Assembly (NCBI GenBank): GCA_002269645.1
Contig: NIVC01000481.1
Location: 372,001 to 436,000 of the forward strand
Length of the DNA: 64,000 bases
Source: Macrostomum lignano
Taxonomy: Eukaryota
Reading direction: 5' to 3'
Made by a program: the position numbers and the translations under genes. A model generated the notes under the pieces. The model saw only the letters and a program-made list of their open reading frames with translations. It ran no database searches and had not been told where the DNA came from. Positions 1-13,000 of the stretch are shown here, piece after piece (position 1 is the stretch's first letter; each line of letters starts with the position of its first letter).

Positions 1-789
1 TTTGTTTCAGGACGACAAAATATAGCGCCTGTGACACCAAAATCAGTGTACTGCGGTGCCAAAATGAGCGCTGAGAACACCGATTCTGAAAATAATTTAG
101 GTGTACATTTATAATTCTTGGCTTTGTCCCGTCCACCATAAAATCCATGGCGATGCCCCTGCCTTTGGCACCTCTTGGTGCCCCTGATACTGGGGCCCCA
201 ATGACCCAAAAAAGTTCTGGCCACGATCCTGTGTGTGTTTTGTGTGTCTGTGTGTGAAATCAGTGCCTTCCTTTTTTCTAACTGCGTAGGGAGGGGTTTG
301 GCCATAGACAACACGCAAATATCTAACTATAGTAATAATCTTATAATCTTAGCTTAAAACGACCTGCACTAACGCTTCATCGGGTATTTTCCTTTATACA
401 TGTGTACATGTAGCAGTGATTCAGTGAAGCGCAAGAGGGCCAGAACGGATTCATATCGAACCAATCGGACTGCAATTTCAAGCCAGCCAAGCGTGGCACA
501 TCGTGTGGTTGAAAATCTAATAATAATGTCATGTATAGGTCTGACACAGCTCTCTGTTACAATATATATATGCAGAAATTTTGGCAAACCATGATGTACT
601 CTGTGGTTTCCCATGCGTATGCGGGATTAGCAATAATCCTACTGCTGAAGTCTAGAGTGAGATAAGATAACTGATATCTATCTAGCCAACCGCTCGTAAT
701 TATCTTATCCATTCATATCTAGGAATTTCCGAAAATCTAGGGCTAATTTAGTGTGTCATATTTCATTTCGATAGGGCCCAAAGTCAATG

Positions 790-1360
790 TCAGTTGGCGC
801 CATAATTGATTTCGAATGGGCGCCAAAATCATTGTCAGTCGGTGCCAAAATCGATGCTGATGGGGCGCCAAAATCGATGCTGAAGGGGCGCCAAAATCGA
901 TGCCGAAGGGGCGCCAAAATCATTGTCAGTCGGTGCCAAAATCGATGCTAAAGGGGCGCCAAAATCGATGCTAAAGGGGCGCCAAAATCGATGCTGAAGG
1001 GGCGCCAAAATCGATGCCAAAGGGGCGCAAAAATCGATGCCAATAGGGGCGCCAAAATCGATGCCAAAAGGGGCGCCAAAATCGATGCCAAAAGGGGCGC
1101 CAAAATCGATGCCAAAAGGGGCGCCAAAATCGATGCTAAATGGGCGCCAAAATCGATGCCAAAGGGGCGCAACAATCGATGCCAAAAGGGGCGCAACAAT
1201 CGATGCCAAAAGGGGCGCCAAAATCGATGCTAAATGGGCGCCAAAATCGATGCCAAAGGGGCGCAAGAATCGATGCCAAAAGGGGCGCCAAAATCGATGC
1301 TGAGAGAGCGCCAAAATCGATGCCAAAAGGGCGCAAAAATCGATGTCTAAGGGGCGCCAA
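790..1360. repeat. Minisatellite, ~21-22 bp unit GGCGCCAAAATCGATGCCAAAG(G)
   Basis: About 25 near-identical tandem units read directly. They explain the ASILAPLL/FGIDFGAP/PKSMPKGA pseudo-ORFs. Confidence 0.97.
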
Positions 1361-1894
1361 TGTCAATGCTATAAAAAATTTAATGATTACACTTTGACTC
1401 TCGACTCCATTTCTATCTAGCTCAAAGTTTGTATCGAGTTGCACAAAATGAAGAGCTAGATAAAAGTACCAAAGCCACGATTAAATCCAGGAAGTTACTA
1501 ACTGTTGACAGCTACTTGGTTATTTTTTTATATATGCATATTATATACATGTATATGGTCTTAAAGAGGGCAATGCAAATTCAACAGATCATTTCATTTC
1601 GGTTGGTTGCCCACGGCCGTTCGTGACAAGCAATTGCATTTCAGATTACATGTAATTAAAACGGCTAGAAGAAACTTCATATTCTTTATGTTTAGCATCG
1701 AATAGATAAGATTTTTTTGTATATCTGATAATAGCAAGTGTTCAACTCGATAAAATATCTTGATGCAAAAAATCAGAGGGGCATCGCCAAAACAGCGGAT
1801 TTTCACTGTCTGGAGGGCTTAAGGTGCGAAACGGAGAAGCTAAAAGGAATTAAAGGCGCCCAAACACGGAAACGAAGCCAGTCGCGCCAAATCA

Positions 1895-2350
1895 GGGTTC
1901 AAGGCGCCAAAATAGGGTTAAGGGCGCCAAAACAGGAGTTAAAGGCGCCAAAACAGCAGTTAAAGGCGCCAAAACAGCAGTTAAAGGCGCCAAAACAGGA
2001 GTTAAAGGCGCCAAAACAGGAGTTAAAGGCGCCAAAACAGGAGTTAAAGGCGCCAAAACAGCAGTTAAAGGCGCCAAAACAGGGGTTAAAGGCGCCAAAA
2101 CAGCAGTTAAAGGCGCCAAAACAGGAGTTAAAGGCGCCAAAACAGGAGTTAAAGGCGCCAAAACAGCAGTTAAAGGCGCCAAAACAGGGGTTAAAGGCGC
2201 CAAAACAGGAGTTAAAGGCGCCAAAACAGGAGTTAAAGGCGCCAAAACAGGAGTTAAAGGCGCCAAAACAGGGGTTAAAGGCGCCAAAACAGCAGTTAAA
2301 GGTGCTAAAACAGGATTGAAGCAACAAAACAGGATTGAAGGCGCCAAAAC
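1895..2350. repeat. Minisatellite, 21 bp unit GGCGCCAAAACAGGAGTTAAA
   Basis: About 20 tandem units, giving the 7-aa periodicity (KAPKQEL) in the ORF track. Both flanks decay gradually. Confidence 0.97.
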
Positions 2351-2865
2351 ATGAGTTATACGCACCAAAAGAGGTGCTAATGGCGCCAAAACAGGAGCTG
2401 ATGTCGCCATGAAACAGGAATCAATGGCGCCTAAACAGGAGCTAACGGCGCCAAAACCAAAGAGGGGGGGGTGAGCTACAGTAGAGTAGAGCCAATAGGT
2501 AATGAAAAAACCGAAAATTAACGAGATACACACTTCAAAAGATCCTATGAGTAGAAAACTTAGACCAGAGTATTACCAAACACAAAACAAAAGTAGTGTG
2601 CAGTACGATAGAACTTGTACGCACACATGTTATAATTTAAGCTGATCAAATTACGCATTTTAACACACATATATATGCTTCTTTACTTGGCAAACTGCAG
2701 CTAGGGCATGTGCTATAGTGTTGAAGAATCGGCAAATTCTTTTCGCAAGGGTGTAAATTAATCTTGCACAGCGCACTGCATGCAATAAATTAGTTAAAGC
2801 TATTCGTAATGTTATAAATCTGCCTATTTGATTCTTGTAAAGGAGAATGTAAGAAATCGTACAGC

Positions 2866-3384
2866 CAGCACCAAGGGGCGCCAGCACCAAGGGGCGCCAG
2901 CACCAAGGGGCGCCAGCACCAAGGGGCGCCAGCACCAAGGGGCGCCAGCACCAAGGGGCGCCAGCACCAAGGGGCGCCAGCACCAAGGGGCGCCAGCACC
3001 AAGGGGCGCCAGCACCAAGGGGCGCCAGCACCAAGGGGCGCCAGCACCAAGGGGCGCCAGCACCAAGGGGCGCCAGCACCAAGGGGCGCCAGCACCAAGG
3101 GGCGCCAGCACCAAGGGGCGCCAGCACCAAGGGGCGCCAGCACCAAGGGGCGCCAGCACCAAGGGGCGCCAGCACCAAGGGGCGCCAGCACCAAGGGGCG
3201 CCAGCACCAAGGGGCGCCAGCACCAAGGGGCGCCAGCACCAAGGGGCGCCAGCACCAAGGGGCGCCAGCACCAAGGGGCGCCAGCACCAAGGGGCGCCAG
3301 CACCAAGGGGCGCCAGCACCAAGGGGCGCCAGCACCAAGGGGCGCCAGCACCAAGGGGCGCCAGCACCAAGGGGCGCCAGCACC
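2866..3384. repeat. Perfect minisatellite, 16 bp unit CCAGCACCAAGGGGCG
   Basis: About 32 essentially identical copies; 16-aa periodic pseudo-ORFs. Confidence 0.98.
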
Positions 3385-3802
3385 AATAAGCCCCTGGAGA
3401 GCAATGAGATTTAGTGAGTGTGTGAGTGAAGAGAGATAGCGCTATCTGAGTAAGTAGCGTTTTTAAAAATTAAATCGACGAGGGAGGTAAAGTGCGGTCG
3501 AATCAAATTAAAACGCAATTTAGCCCTATAGTCGCAGTTTAGTCACGGGTCGTATGCCTTATTTCATTTTTTAAATAAATAAAATTTGCATCTGAAATTT
3601 AACCTAGATAGCAGACAAGCAGTGCATAAAGAGCTTAAGGGCCGCTGATGGGTACATCAGAACAGAAAGTACTATACTATGAATCCACGATGGATAATAT
3701 ACGAGCGTATAGTTTATAGGTAATGCAGAATCGATTTTCTCAGACTAAAACACCTTTTAATCAGTTGAATGGGTTGCTTCTTGCTCACCTCAACTCATAT
3801 TT

Positions 3803-4080
3803 TTGGCGCCTATCTGATATCTAATCTGGCGCCTATCTGATATACAATTTGGCGCCTATCTGATATCCAATTTGGCGCCTATCTGATGTCCAATTTGGCG
3901 CCTATCTGATATCTAATTTGGCGCCTATCTGATATCTAATTTGGCGCCTATCTGATATCTAATTTGGCGCCTATCTGATATCTAATTTGGCGCCTATCTG
4001 ATATCTAATTTGGCGCCTATCTGATATCTAATTTGGCGCATATATGATATCTAATTTGGCGCCTATCTGATATCTAATTT
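3803..4080. repeat. Minisatellite, 23 bp unit TTTGGCGCCTATCTGATATCTAA
   Basis: About 12 tandem copies; the 23-bp period was checked (3901 to 3924). Confidence 0.96.
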
Positions 4081-4769
4081 ACATATTTAATATTATATCC
4101 ATGGTATTGAGCTCCTTGATGAGAAACACGCAATATGCATTCAATAATGTATAGCAGATGAGAACTGACTCTATCTAATCCGAGTCCAGACTTTAAGTCT
4201 ATATACAGGCTTGCAATTTAGGAAGTTAGAGATTAATGTGAATTGACAGCTAGCGGAGTTTGAGTTGAGTTGAGCTGCTGCAAAGCTGAGCAGACTAACT
4301 GACTCAAAAGCATTAGTGTTTGTTAGCTTAGTGAGGAGATTAGGGTGGGGCCTCCCATGCAAAGTTGGACTGAGGAAATAGCAGATCCCATGGAGCCTCC
4401 GCACATTCTATTCAATAGAGAATACGACTCTGACGGTGAATTATGAGTGCTAATGTATAATAAGACTTACCGGAAATTGCATCTATATAATGGGAGAATC
4501 GAAAATATAGAAAATATTCACAGCTTGCTTGCACTGCACACTACAGTGTGTAGCATACCCTAGAATGGCGGGATTTTGGAGGTTGGGATAATGGGGTGAG
4601 ATGTAGGGTGAGATAGGCTGAGATTAGAGTGATAAAACATCTCACCTTACATTTCATCCCTCTCACCCTGTACATTTCGTCCCACTATCAACATAATCTC
4701 ACCTCTCCCTCTCACTCTACTTCTCACCCTTCTAACCCTACGTCTCACCCTCTTACCCTAAATCTCACC

Positions 4770-5528
4770 CTCATACCCTACATCCCACCCCTTTCACTCT
4801 AAATCTCATCCATCCCACCCCTCTCACTCGAAATCTTATCCATCCCACCCCTCTCACTCTAAATCTCATCCATCCCACCCCTCTCACTCTAAATCTCATC
4901 CATCTCACCCCTCTCACTCTAAATCTCATCCATCCCACCCCTCTCACTCTAAATCTCATCCATCCCACCCCTCTCACTCTAAATCTCTTCCATCCCACCC
5001 CTCTCACTCTAAATCTCATTCATCCCACCCCTCTCACTCGAAATCTTATCCATCCCACCCCTCTCACTCTAAATCTCATTCATCCCACCCCTCTCACTCG
5101 AAATCTTATCCATCCCACCCCTCTCACTCTAAATCTCATCCATCCCACCCCTCTCACTCTAAATCTCATCCATCCCACCCCTCTCACTCTAAATCTCATC
5201 CATCCCACCCCTCTCACTCGAAATCTTATCCATCCCACCCCTCTCACTCTAAATCTCATTCATCCCACCCCTCTCACTCGAAATCTTATCCATCCCACCC
5301 CTCTCACTCTAAATCTCATCCATCCCAACCCTTTCACTCTAAATCTCAGCCATCCCACCCCTCTCACTCTAAATCTCATCCATCTCACCCCTCTCACTCT
5401 AAATCTCATCCATCTCACCCCTCTCACTCTAAATCTCATCCATCCCACCCCTCTCACTCTAAATCTCATCCATCCCACCCCTCTCACTCTAAATCTCATC
5501 CATCCCACCCCTCTCACTCTAAATCTTA
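4770..5528. repeat. Minisatellite, 30 bp unit CATCCCACCCCTCTCACTCTAAATCTCATC
   Basis: About 25 copies, 10-aa periodic pseudo-ORF (MRFRVRGVGW), with a degenerate lead-in from ~4590. Confidence 0.96.
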
Positions 5529-7558
5529 CCGTATATCTCGGCCCAATTAGAGTAGTGGTTAGGCTTCCAACGAATTAACCTGTTTGAACTCATACAAATC
5601 GTTATCGATAATACTCGGCTTAACTTGATTTGGTTTGAGTATGACAAAAAACTCTGGTCCGAATAATGCAGAAAGGGGAGATTAGCTATCTATAAAAAAA
5701 TTACCATGCTTGGATATATTCGATTAATATTGTATGTGGATGCTGTGCACAACTGTTGTGGAGGCTGTGAGCTGCAGTAGCTATCTCGTAGACTACTCAG
5801 TATAATTCACTCTAATATGTACTATACGCAGGTATAATGTGCAATTTTATACATCTACCACAGTTAATATTATATTTAGTTTTGATTGTTTTTAGTTCAC
5901 CTTTGAGCATTTATCTCCTAGTGTTAAATCGAATTCATTTTGTTTACGCATCGACATGTAGAGTCGATAGAAGTAGAACCCGCCACTTACAGATCTGCAG
6001 CCCAAAATTCAAAATTACAATCATTAGCACTAGCCCGTACTCCCCTATTTCTCCCCGTGGACAGCAACGTCACTAATTCAGATAAGCGGCAGAGATGCAA
6101 TTATCAATGTAGCCTTAGGTTTGGGACTATGAGCTTGACCCTTTTCAATAACCGCGTGCAGGGCTACGCATAGTTTTTTGTATCTTAAAAAACTTTCTTT
6201 TGCTTCAGGGCTTGTCAATAATGCTCTGCTTTTACCTCGCCTTTGATTCTCTCCTTTTTTCTTGTGCTCCATTATAATATACTTTAGTCACGGCAGTCAA
6301 GGTTGCGTGTGGCTGCAGTGGGTGGCCACACGGCACGGGCGGGGGTGGAGTGAAAGTGAAGTGAAGTGAAGTGAAGTGTGAGGCTCTGCTGCTTCTGCTG
6401 CATAGGGTCTGGGAGAGATCGGAGAGAGAGAAAGTCTGGGATCAAACAGAGGACCGTGAGAGAGTGAGAGTCGTGACGGAGTACAGCATATACGCGTACC
6501 CACAGATTGATCTATGATTAACTCCCGCAGCGACTCCATGCTATGCTACTACTTCACGGTGGAACGGCTCAGCTGCTCCAACCTTTGCGTTCCTCCCTCA
6601 CACAGTCCTGCCTCCTGTCTCCCGGTCTCTCCATCCCTCCCCTATTTTTCTTGCTGATCGCAAAGCAGCTGCAGGCAGAGAGAGATAGCTCCACCAGTCG
6701 GAGTGCCTGCAGTGAGCACGTGAGAGAGTGAAGTCGGGAGTCGGTCAGACAGGGAAGGCGGTGGCGGGAGTCGCCAGGCCGGGTTTTGGTTGGTGGCGGC
6801 GATCGTCAGCTATTTTGTGTGACTGACTGACTGCGAGCCTGCAATGGGGGGTCCTCCAACCAACAAAGTCCGTTGGTTGAATCTGTTCGCGCTTGCTGAA
6901 CACCCGCAAATCTAGGGGAGGGCACCGACCAACCAAAACCATCTGACTCTCTTGGTCTCAATGCCCAGCCCAACCCTTTGCAAGTCAAATCGGCAGGCAG
7001 TCGCAGCAGCCTTCACTCTCCCAGGCATCAAAACCCCCTCCCCAAAAACCGAACCATCCAAATTACGAAGCGGAGAGAGGCGAGAGGCTAGGTTTAGGTC
7101 GAGAGAAAAACCAATCCTAAAAGACGAAATAAAAGGCCACCAAAACCTAACCAGCCAGTCCCAGCGTTGGATGGACCAACCCCCCTTTTCACGACGGCCC
7201 ACCCCACCTCCGCCGGACGCGCTCCCGCCATGCGCTCACACTTGCAGCAGTATATAGAGTAAATCCGCTAGCATCAAGGCCCTAAACACCCTCCGCCAGA
7301 CACCGCCGCCACCCGCCAACCCCACATACGCATTTCCCAACCGCCTAAAAAACCTCAGCTCAAGATAAGGGCGCGTCTAGCGGTGACCATCTGACTGGTC
7401 TATGAAAACTAAGCTTATCCTTATCGTTATTTGGAAATCTAATTATCTATCTGATAATCAAAGGCGACGTTAATTTAAATTATCTATATTCTTTCTCTTT
7501 GATTTTACCGACAAAACGCAATCACTGCATTGAGAATAAAAGGCCGGCCAATCAAATA

Positions 7559-8877
7559 ATGACTCGAAGCAAAGTAATAGACTTGGCCGAGGTGATCGAA
7601 GACTGGGCCAAAGATTTCTATCAAAAGTTTAATCAGCGCGATTTGGAAAAATCTTACGGAATGAAGTTGCCATTTCAAGAGCTGCGCATGGTTATAGATA
7701 CCAATAATTTCTGCGTGGATAATGACGAAGCAGAGTATTCAGTAAGTAGATAATTTCGTATTCACCCAGTTTGATAATATAATCTACTTTAGCGTGTTGT
7801 CTCGGGACTTGGCGGTACATTATCGATTTTACTATCCTACAGTGTAGTAGAGAACGGTACAATGTGACCATATTTCCACTAACCTAATTCTCTATCTCAA
7901 CTTTTAATGAGCATAAGCAACTCACTAACAATGCCATTGGTGATTCCCCTCATCGGCTGGTCAAATTAGATGGCCTTAAGCGTCCCTAGGGTTGGTCTGG
8001 CGACTGGCACCCCATGGTTAGTATGGTTACTGGTCAGTGGCCCCGCGTTCTCGCCTCAACTGCGAGTGATACAATTCGCGTCACACACGGCCCTAGCTTA
8101 GGCTGGCGAGGAGATAGTGAAGAGTTACGGCTAGAGTTTGGAATAAAGTTGCCACTCTCAGTTCCCAGTCCTCATTCAACATGCTTTGGGTGTACAAATG
8201 ATATGAAAAGACATTTGTCTCCATTGTCCTACTGTGCTCACAATATCCAGACGGTCAACCCTGGGACCGGCCAGTGGCAGCGCAACCACGTGCTGTTCAA
8301 GACCAGCTACAGCAACACCACCGCCACTCCGATGCAGTACGCTTTGAGCACACAGCGCAGCACCCGGTCAGTGTGCTCAGTCAGTCTATCAAAAGGCTTC
8401 GTATTTGAAGGCCAAAGTGGACTAAAAGTGAGCTTGCCAAACAACCTGCTCGAGCTGAGCGCTAGTATGTCCCGCCAGTTGAGCATGGAAGGACGGCGCG
8501 AGAAATCAGTCGAACAGGAGCTAGCCTGGACTGTGGACACGACGGTCAGCGTACCGCCAGGCAAAACTGTCACAGTTCGCCTAGTGATCAAGGAGCGCCA
8601 GTTCACTGGCACGTTTCGAGTGGCAACACGTTTCCGCGGCTCCCTAGCCGTTAAACTGTTTCGCGGTGACTCGAAATTATGCGTACTGAGAGCCAACGAA
8701 TTGCGCGACGTGTTCAAAGAGAACCTCGGCTTCCAATGGCAGCCAGAGGAAGCTTGTCTGCTGTTCATTAGCGAGGGCCAATGCCACACAGCCTGCGGTG
8801 TGGAGCAGTTTATTCAAATTGACGAGACGGACTTTGAAGCAACAGATTCCGAGGAACAGCAGCAGCTAGCTAGCTAA
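7559..8877 (+). CDS. Aerolysin/ETX-MTX2-like beta-pore-forming protein (LIN-24-like), 2 exons, ~269 aa
   Basis: join(7559..7741,8251..8877), with a phase-0 intron gtaagt...atccag. The protein starts MTRSKVIDLAEVIEDWAKDFY. It has Ser/Thr-rich beta strands (FKTSYSNTTATPMQYALSTQRSTRSVCSVSLSKGF), an amphipathic hairpin-like segment and VSVPPGKTVTVRLVIKE, typical of the aerolysin/ETX-MTX2 core. Family call is by motif recognition, not by search. Confidence 0.8.
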
Positions 8878-8894
8878 CACAGTAAAAAGCAGTA

Positions 8895-9058
8895 AGCCAA
8901 TCAGCGATAGGCTTGTGTCAGAAAGAGCTCTACCAATAAGCGACGACTTCGGATTGATTGGTTAAATTAGCCAATCAGCGCTTGGCATTGGGGTAGGCAA
9001 AACTACGACTGTGGTATTGCATTAGCCAATCAGCGGTTGGGGTGGCCACACGGCCAAT
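8895..9058. promoter_or_regulatory. Cluster of at least 6 CCAAT boxes (three AGCCAATCAGCG)
   Basis: AGCCAATCAGCG at 8895, ~8969 and ~9024; ACCAAT at ~8932; reverse ATTGG at ~8958; GGCCAAT at ~9052. Function not shown. Confidence 0.45.
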
Positions 9059-10031
9059 AAAAACACTTGATAGTGGTAGGTTAGATTTACTGTATGATAG
9101 CTGGTATGATATCTGATATCGTTGTGTAACTTTTACTTTCCACTAATAATTGATAGTCTTTACATCATCAATCAAAAGTTGACTATTTTTTTCAACACCG
9201 CAACCACGGAAGTTTGTTTTGATTTAGATTGGTTATAACTAACAAATAAACAACCATTCAAATGTGAAAAGCTTGGCTGTAGGAATTATAGAAATATAAT
9301 AAAAAACACATCAAAGCGTACACACCCAAAGTGCACGGAATGTATCATACGTTTTTGGCTTGGTTTTTATTAGAGGAAAATTCTACAAATTATTGATATT
9401 AATAAGAGCGATCAAGTATAAACACAGAAAATGTGTTATTATATCCACGAAGACAAAACAAATAGTAGCTTATATAGCTAAAATGCAACCTTAAAGTCTA
9501 TGTGATCTTAAACATGAGAACCTCTTCTAACATCTAACATCTTCAGCATGCGATGTCAGACTATGATATGTTAACCACAGAAAGCAGACTATGAAATATT
9601 AAACACAAGAAGTCATCCCACCCCAACCAAAAGATATACTCAGCTCAACATTGAAAAGTCGCCACCTGGCCAACCATCTATATTTTGATGAAAAAATGCT
9701 TGAAAAAACAATGAAAACCGGGCGGAAGCTTCAATCTATCCAATCTTCGCCCTCCGCTCTTCCCAAACCCTCCTCACCCAGCTCAACTCCGCGTCACGTG
9801 ACACGTGGCGCAAGTTGGGTCACTCAAAACTCAATAAATACTGAGCTAGAATTTACTGCGCACTCTATCAAAGGTGGCGACTTTTTAATGTTGTTGAGTA
9901 TATTTAAACACTGGGATCTTAAATAAATGTAATTTCGTTATAGAGACAAACTACTTACTATAACTACAGGACTATAAAATGCTAGTCGACTTATTAAATC
10001 AGTAAAATAATGGCTAATTGAATGATTGATC

Positions 10032-13000
10032 TCAACTGGCCGCCATCCTGATGCGGTACAGATGACAGTCGGAACTGCCAGCTGTGCAAGCAGCAATGCT
10101 CAGGGTGCCGTGAGCAGAGGCTGATTCATCGACATCATCAGGCGTCAGCTCGATTCGCAATAGGCTGATAGGTTGGGCACTATCGGTTACCGTTAAGGTG
10201 ACGATAACTGACTCGTTGCCTAGCAACAGAGCGGCGCCAATGTCCGATACGGAGGTAGGCGGTGACTTTGACCCCGCAGTGTAGGTGGCCTGCCGAAGAA
10301 ATTCGAAGATGGAAAACCTACAGCTAATATAATTTTTCGATTTATATTTGCATAGATAGATTCTGGGTCTCTGTAGTTACTGGGATCAATCTAACCCAAC
10401 ATGGGATTGGGGTGTCGCACTAGAGAATAGAACTTAACATGTGATGTCTGAGTCTGACTGAACAGGAGATCCGGATCGTGAGATCTCAGACTAATAGATC
10501 CGAGCCATGAGATCTCAATAGAAATCCCAAACGTAAGATCTGAGACTAAGATCTCACGTAAGATACCAGACTAGAGATCCCGACCGTGAGCTGTTAGACT
10601 AAGAGATCCCAACCGTGAGCCCTCAGACTAAGAGATCCCAACCGTGAGCCCTCAGACTAAGAGATCCCAACCGTGAGCCCTCAGACTAAGAGATCCCAAC
10701 CGTGAGCCCTCAGACTAAGAGATCCCAACCGTGAGCCCTCAGACTAAGAGATCCCAACCGTGAGCCCTCAGACTAAGAGATCCCAACCGTGAGCCCTCAG
10801 ACTAAGAGATCCCAACCGTGAGCTCTCAGACAGACGTATACACTCCTCAAGCAATGTACAAAGTAAAAAAACCGAAAAAATCCCTCACCGAAAAAATCCC
10901 TCACCTGTCGAACAGAGTAAACTCGAATCCTTGACGTAGAAAATCCCATAGCAACCAGGCTGCAACAGCCGCAATTGCCATCGTAGGCGGCCACAGCGGT
11001 GCAAAACTCTCCAGGAGACAGGTGAGAAACTGGCAGCTCCCTACAAGAAATGTCCCCATTAGTGTCCGTGGACAGGTCGATAGCCAATACGGCAGGTCGT
11101 CTCCAATCCGTTACTAAAAGTAAGCAGAACGGCGAAGCCAAACAGCCGGACAATAGGCGAATTTTCGGCCACCGAGCTCGGGTTTCAGCCAAAGCGGCGC
11201 CAAATCGAGGCGTAAGGCGCGCCGGAGCGGTCAGCTGTCGATGAGTCGGTAGGCGCCAGACTCGGTTCTGCAGATCCTGCGTGATGAGGACGATAAGCTG
11301 TGAGGAGCCGCTGGTTACTAGGCGCCATTGCAGAGCATCCGAGTCTATCTGGCAGGTGCTGGGAAGGCTGACACCTTCAATTAGAGTGTGCCAGGCCACC
11401 TGCGGGTGGTTTATTATGGAATTATAATTGCATATATAACTAAAAGGCGGATGGAGAAACAGGGACCGCTCAAACAGTCACAGGTGCGGAACAGAAAGTC
11501 ACAGGTACATAAAAGACAGTCACAGGTGCAGAACAGACAGTCACAGGTGCTGCACAGACAGGTGTAAAACAGACCTCAAGATCAACAACCGCAGTCCCTG
11601 GCCAATCAGCATTATCGCCGCCATCTCTGTACACCAGCCGGTAGCAGTAGAGCCTTTCAGCCGAGCAGGCGACCAGTCGTTGCCAATCAACGAGATCCCA
11701 AGCCCGGGCCACGTAGCCCAGACTCCTTGACAGCTCCATCTTGGCTTGGAAATTGTTCAACCGAACTCGAATCAGATCTAATCGACTCTCAGTTAGCGAG
11801 GCCTCCAGCACAGCCACGAGAAACTGTCGACCCTCTGCCGGCAGTCGAATTGCCCTCGTGCCCGTGGCCAATTTAGTCCGACACCCGGGCGAAAAGGCGG
11901 CAACATCAAAGAGCTCAACTGGCGAGTCAGCAGCGCAAGGATCCGAAGCCGCGCCTGCGAACAATCGGCCTCGATAATCGGCTAAACAGGCGGCCAGCAC
12001 AACCTGATACCTGCCGAACAATTCCAGTCCCGTGATTGGCCGATTAACGCCAGGTATGGCTACTAGATCGTGCACGTAGCTAGTTGTCGCCATGGCAACC
12101 GGGTGGCAACGTTGAGCTAAACGGTGACTGCGTAGCATTAATCTGGCCAAGGAAGACGATGGTTCGAGAGTAGACTCTGGTGCAGCCTCACGACAATCGA
12201 TTTGATGCAGACACTGAGGCCTTGGTAACGTTGCCTTGGCAACCGAAGGCCACCACAGCTCACTCTGACTAGCAATAGTAAAATCTATTAGATGGCACCA
12301 GTCGGTAGATACTAAACGAAGACGCTGCAACTCCTGAGGCTGAGGGCGCGGCAGCTGATGACAACAGCTGAATAGTACATGACTGAAGATTCGATGCCAA
12401 ACTTCTGGCGGCAGTTGCAACGTTGCGGCTTGATTAGAGACAGCCTATGAAGAATCGGTATGCACATGCATTGCTAGTTAAATACGTCCTACTATTCCAA
12501 GACTTCTACCAACTTAAGCGGCAGTACTTCAAACTGATTATTAGCTGCTTCCCTTAACTTTTAATGGGTTCCTCAACCCATTAAATTGAAGCTGATTGGC
12601 TGGTTCCTCAACCTATTAAATTGAAGCTGATTGGCTGGTTCCTCTACCTATTAAATTGAAGCTGATTGGCTGGTTCCTCAACCTATTAAATTGAAGCTGA
12701 TTGGCTGGTTCCTCAACCTATTAAATTGAAGCTGATTGGCTGGTTCCTCAACCTATTAAATTGAAGCTGATTGGCTGGTTCCTCAACCTATTAAATTGAA
12801 GCTGATTGGCTGGTTCCTCTACCTATTAAATTGAAGCTGATTGGCTGGTTCCTCAACCTATTAAATTGAAGCTGATTGGCTGGTTCCTCAACCTATTAAA
12901 TTGAAGCTGATTGGCTGGTTCCTCAACCTATTAAATTGAAGCTGATTGGCTGGTTCCTCAACCTATTAAATTGAAGCTGATTGGCTGGTTCCTCAACCTA

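Noticed and set aside
400-594. Short ORF with a basic stretch (VKRKRAR) as an exon
   Set aside because: No recognisable homology and no partner exons found; insufficient support.
835-3439. Long ORFs with periodic sequences (ASILAPLL, KAPKQEL, GAGAPWCWRPLVLAPL)
   Set aside because: Translations of minisatellites, open in several frames on both strands; no unique coding sequence or splice context.
8014-8250. 5' part of the 287-aa ORF as coding
   Set aside because: It lies within the GT-AG intron 7742-8250; the family-like sequence starts at the acceptor and joins exon 1 in phase.
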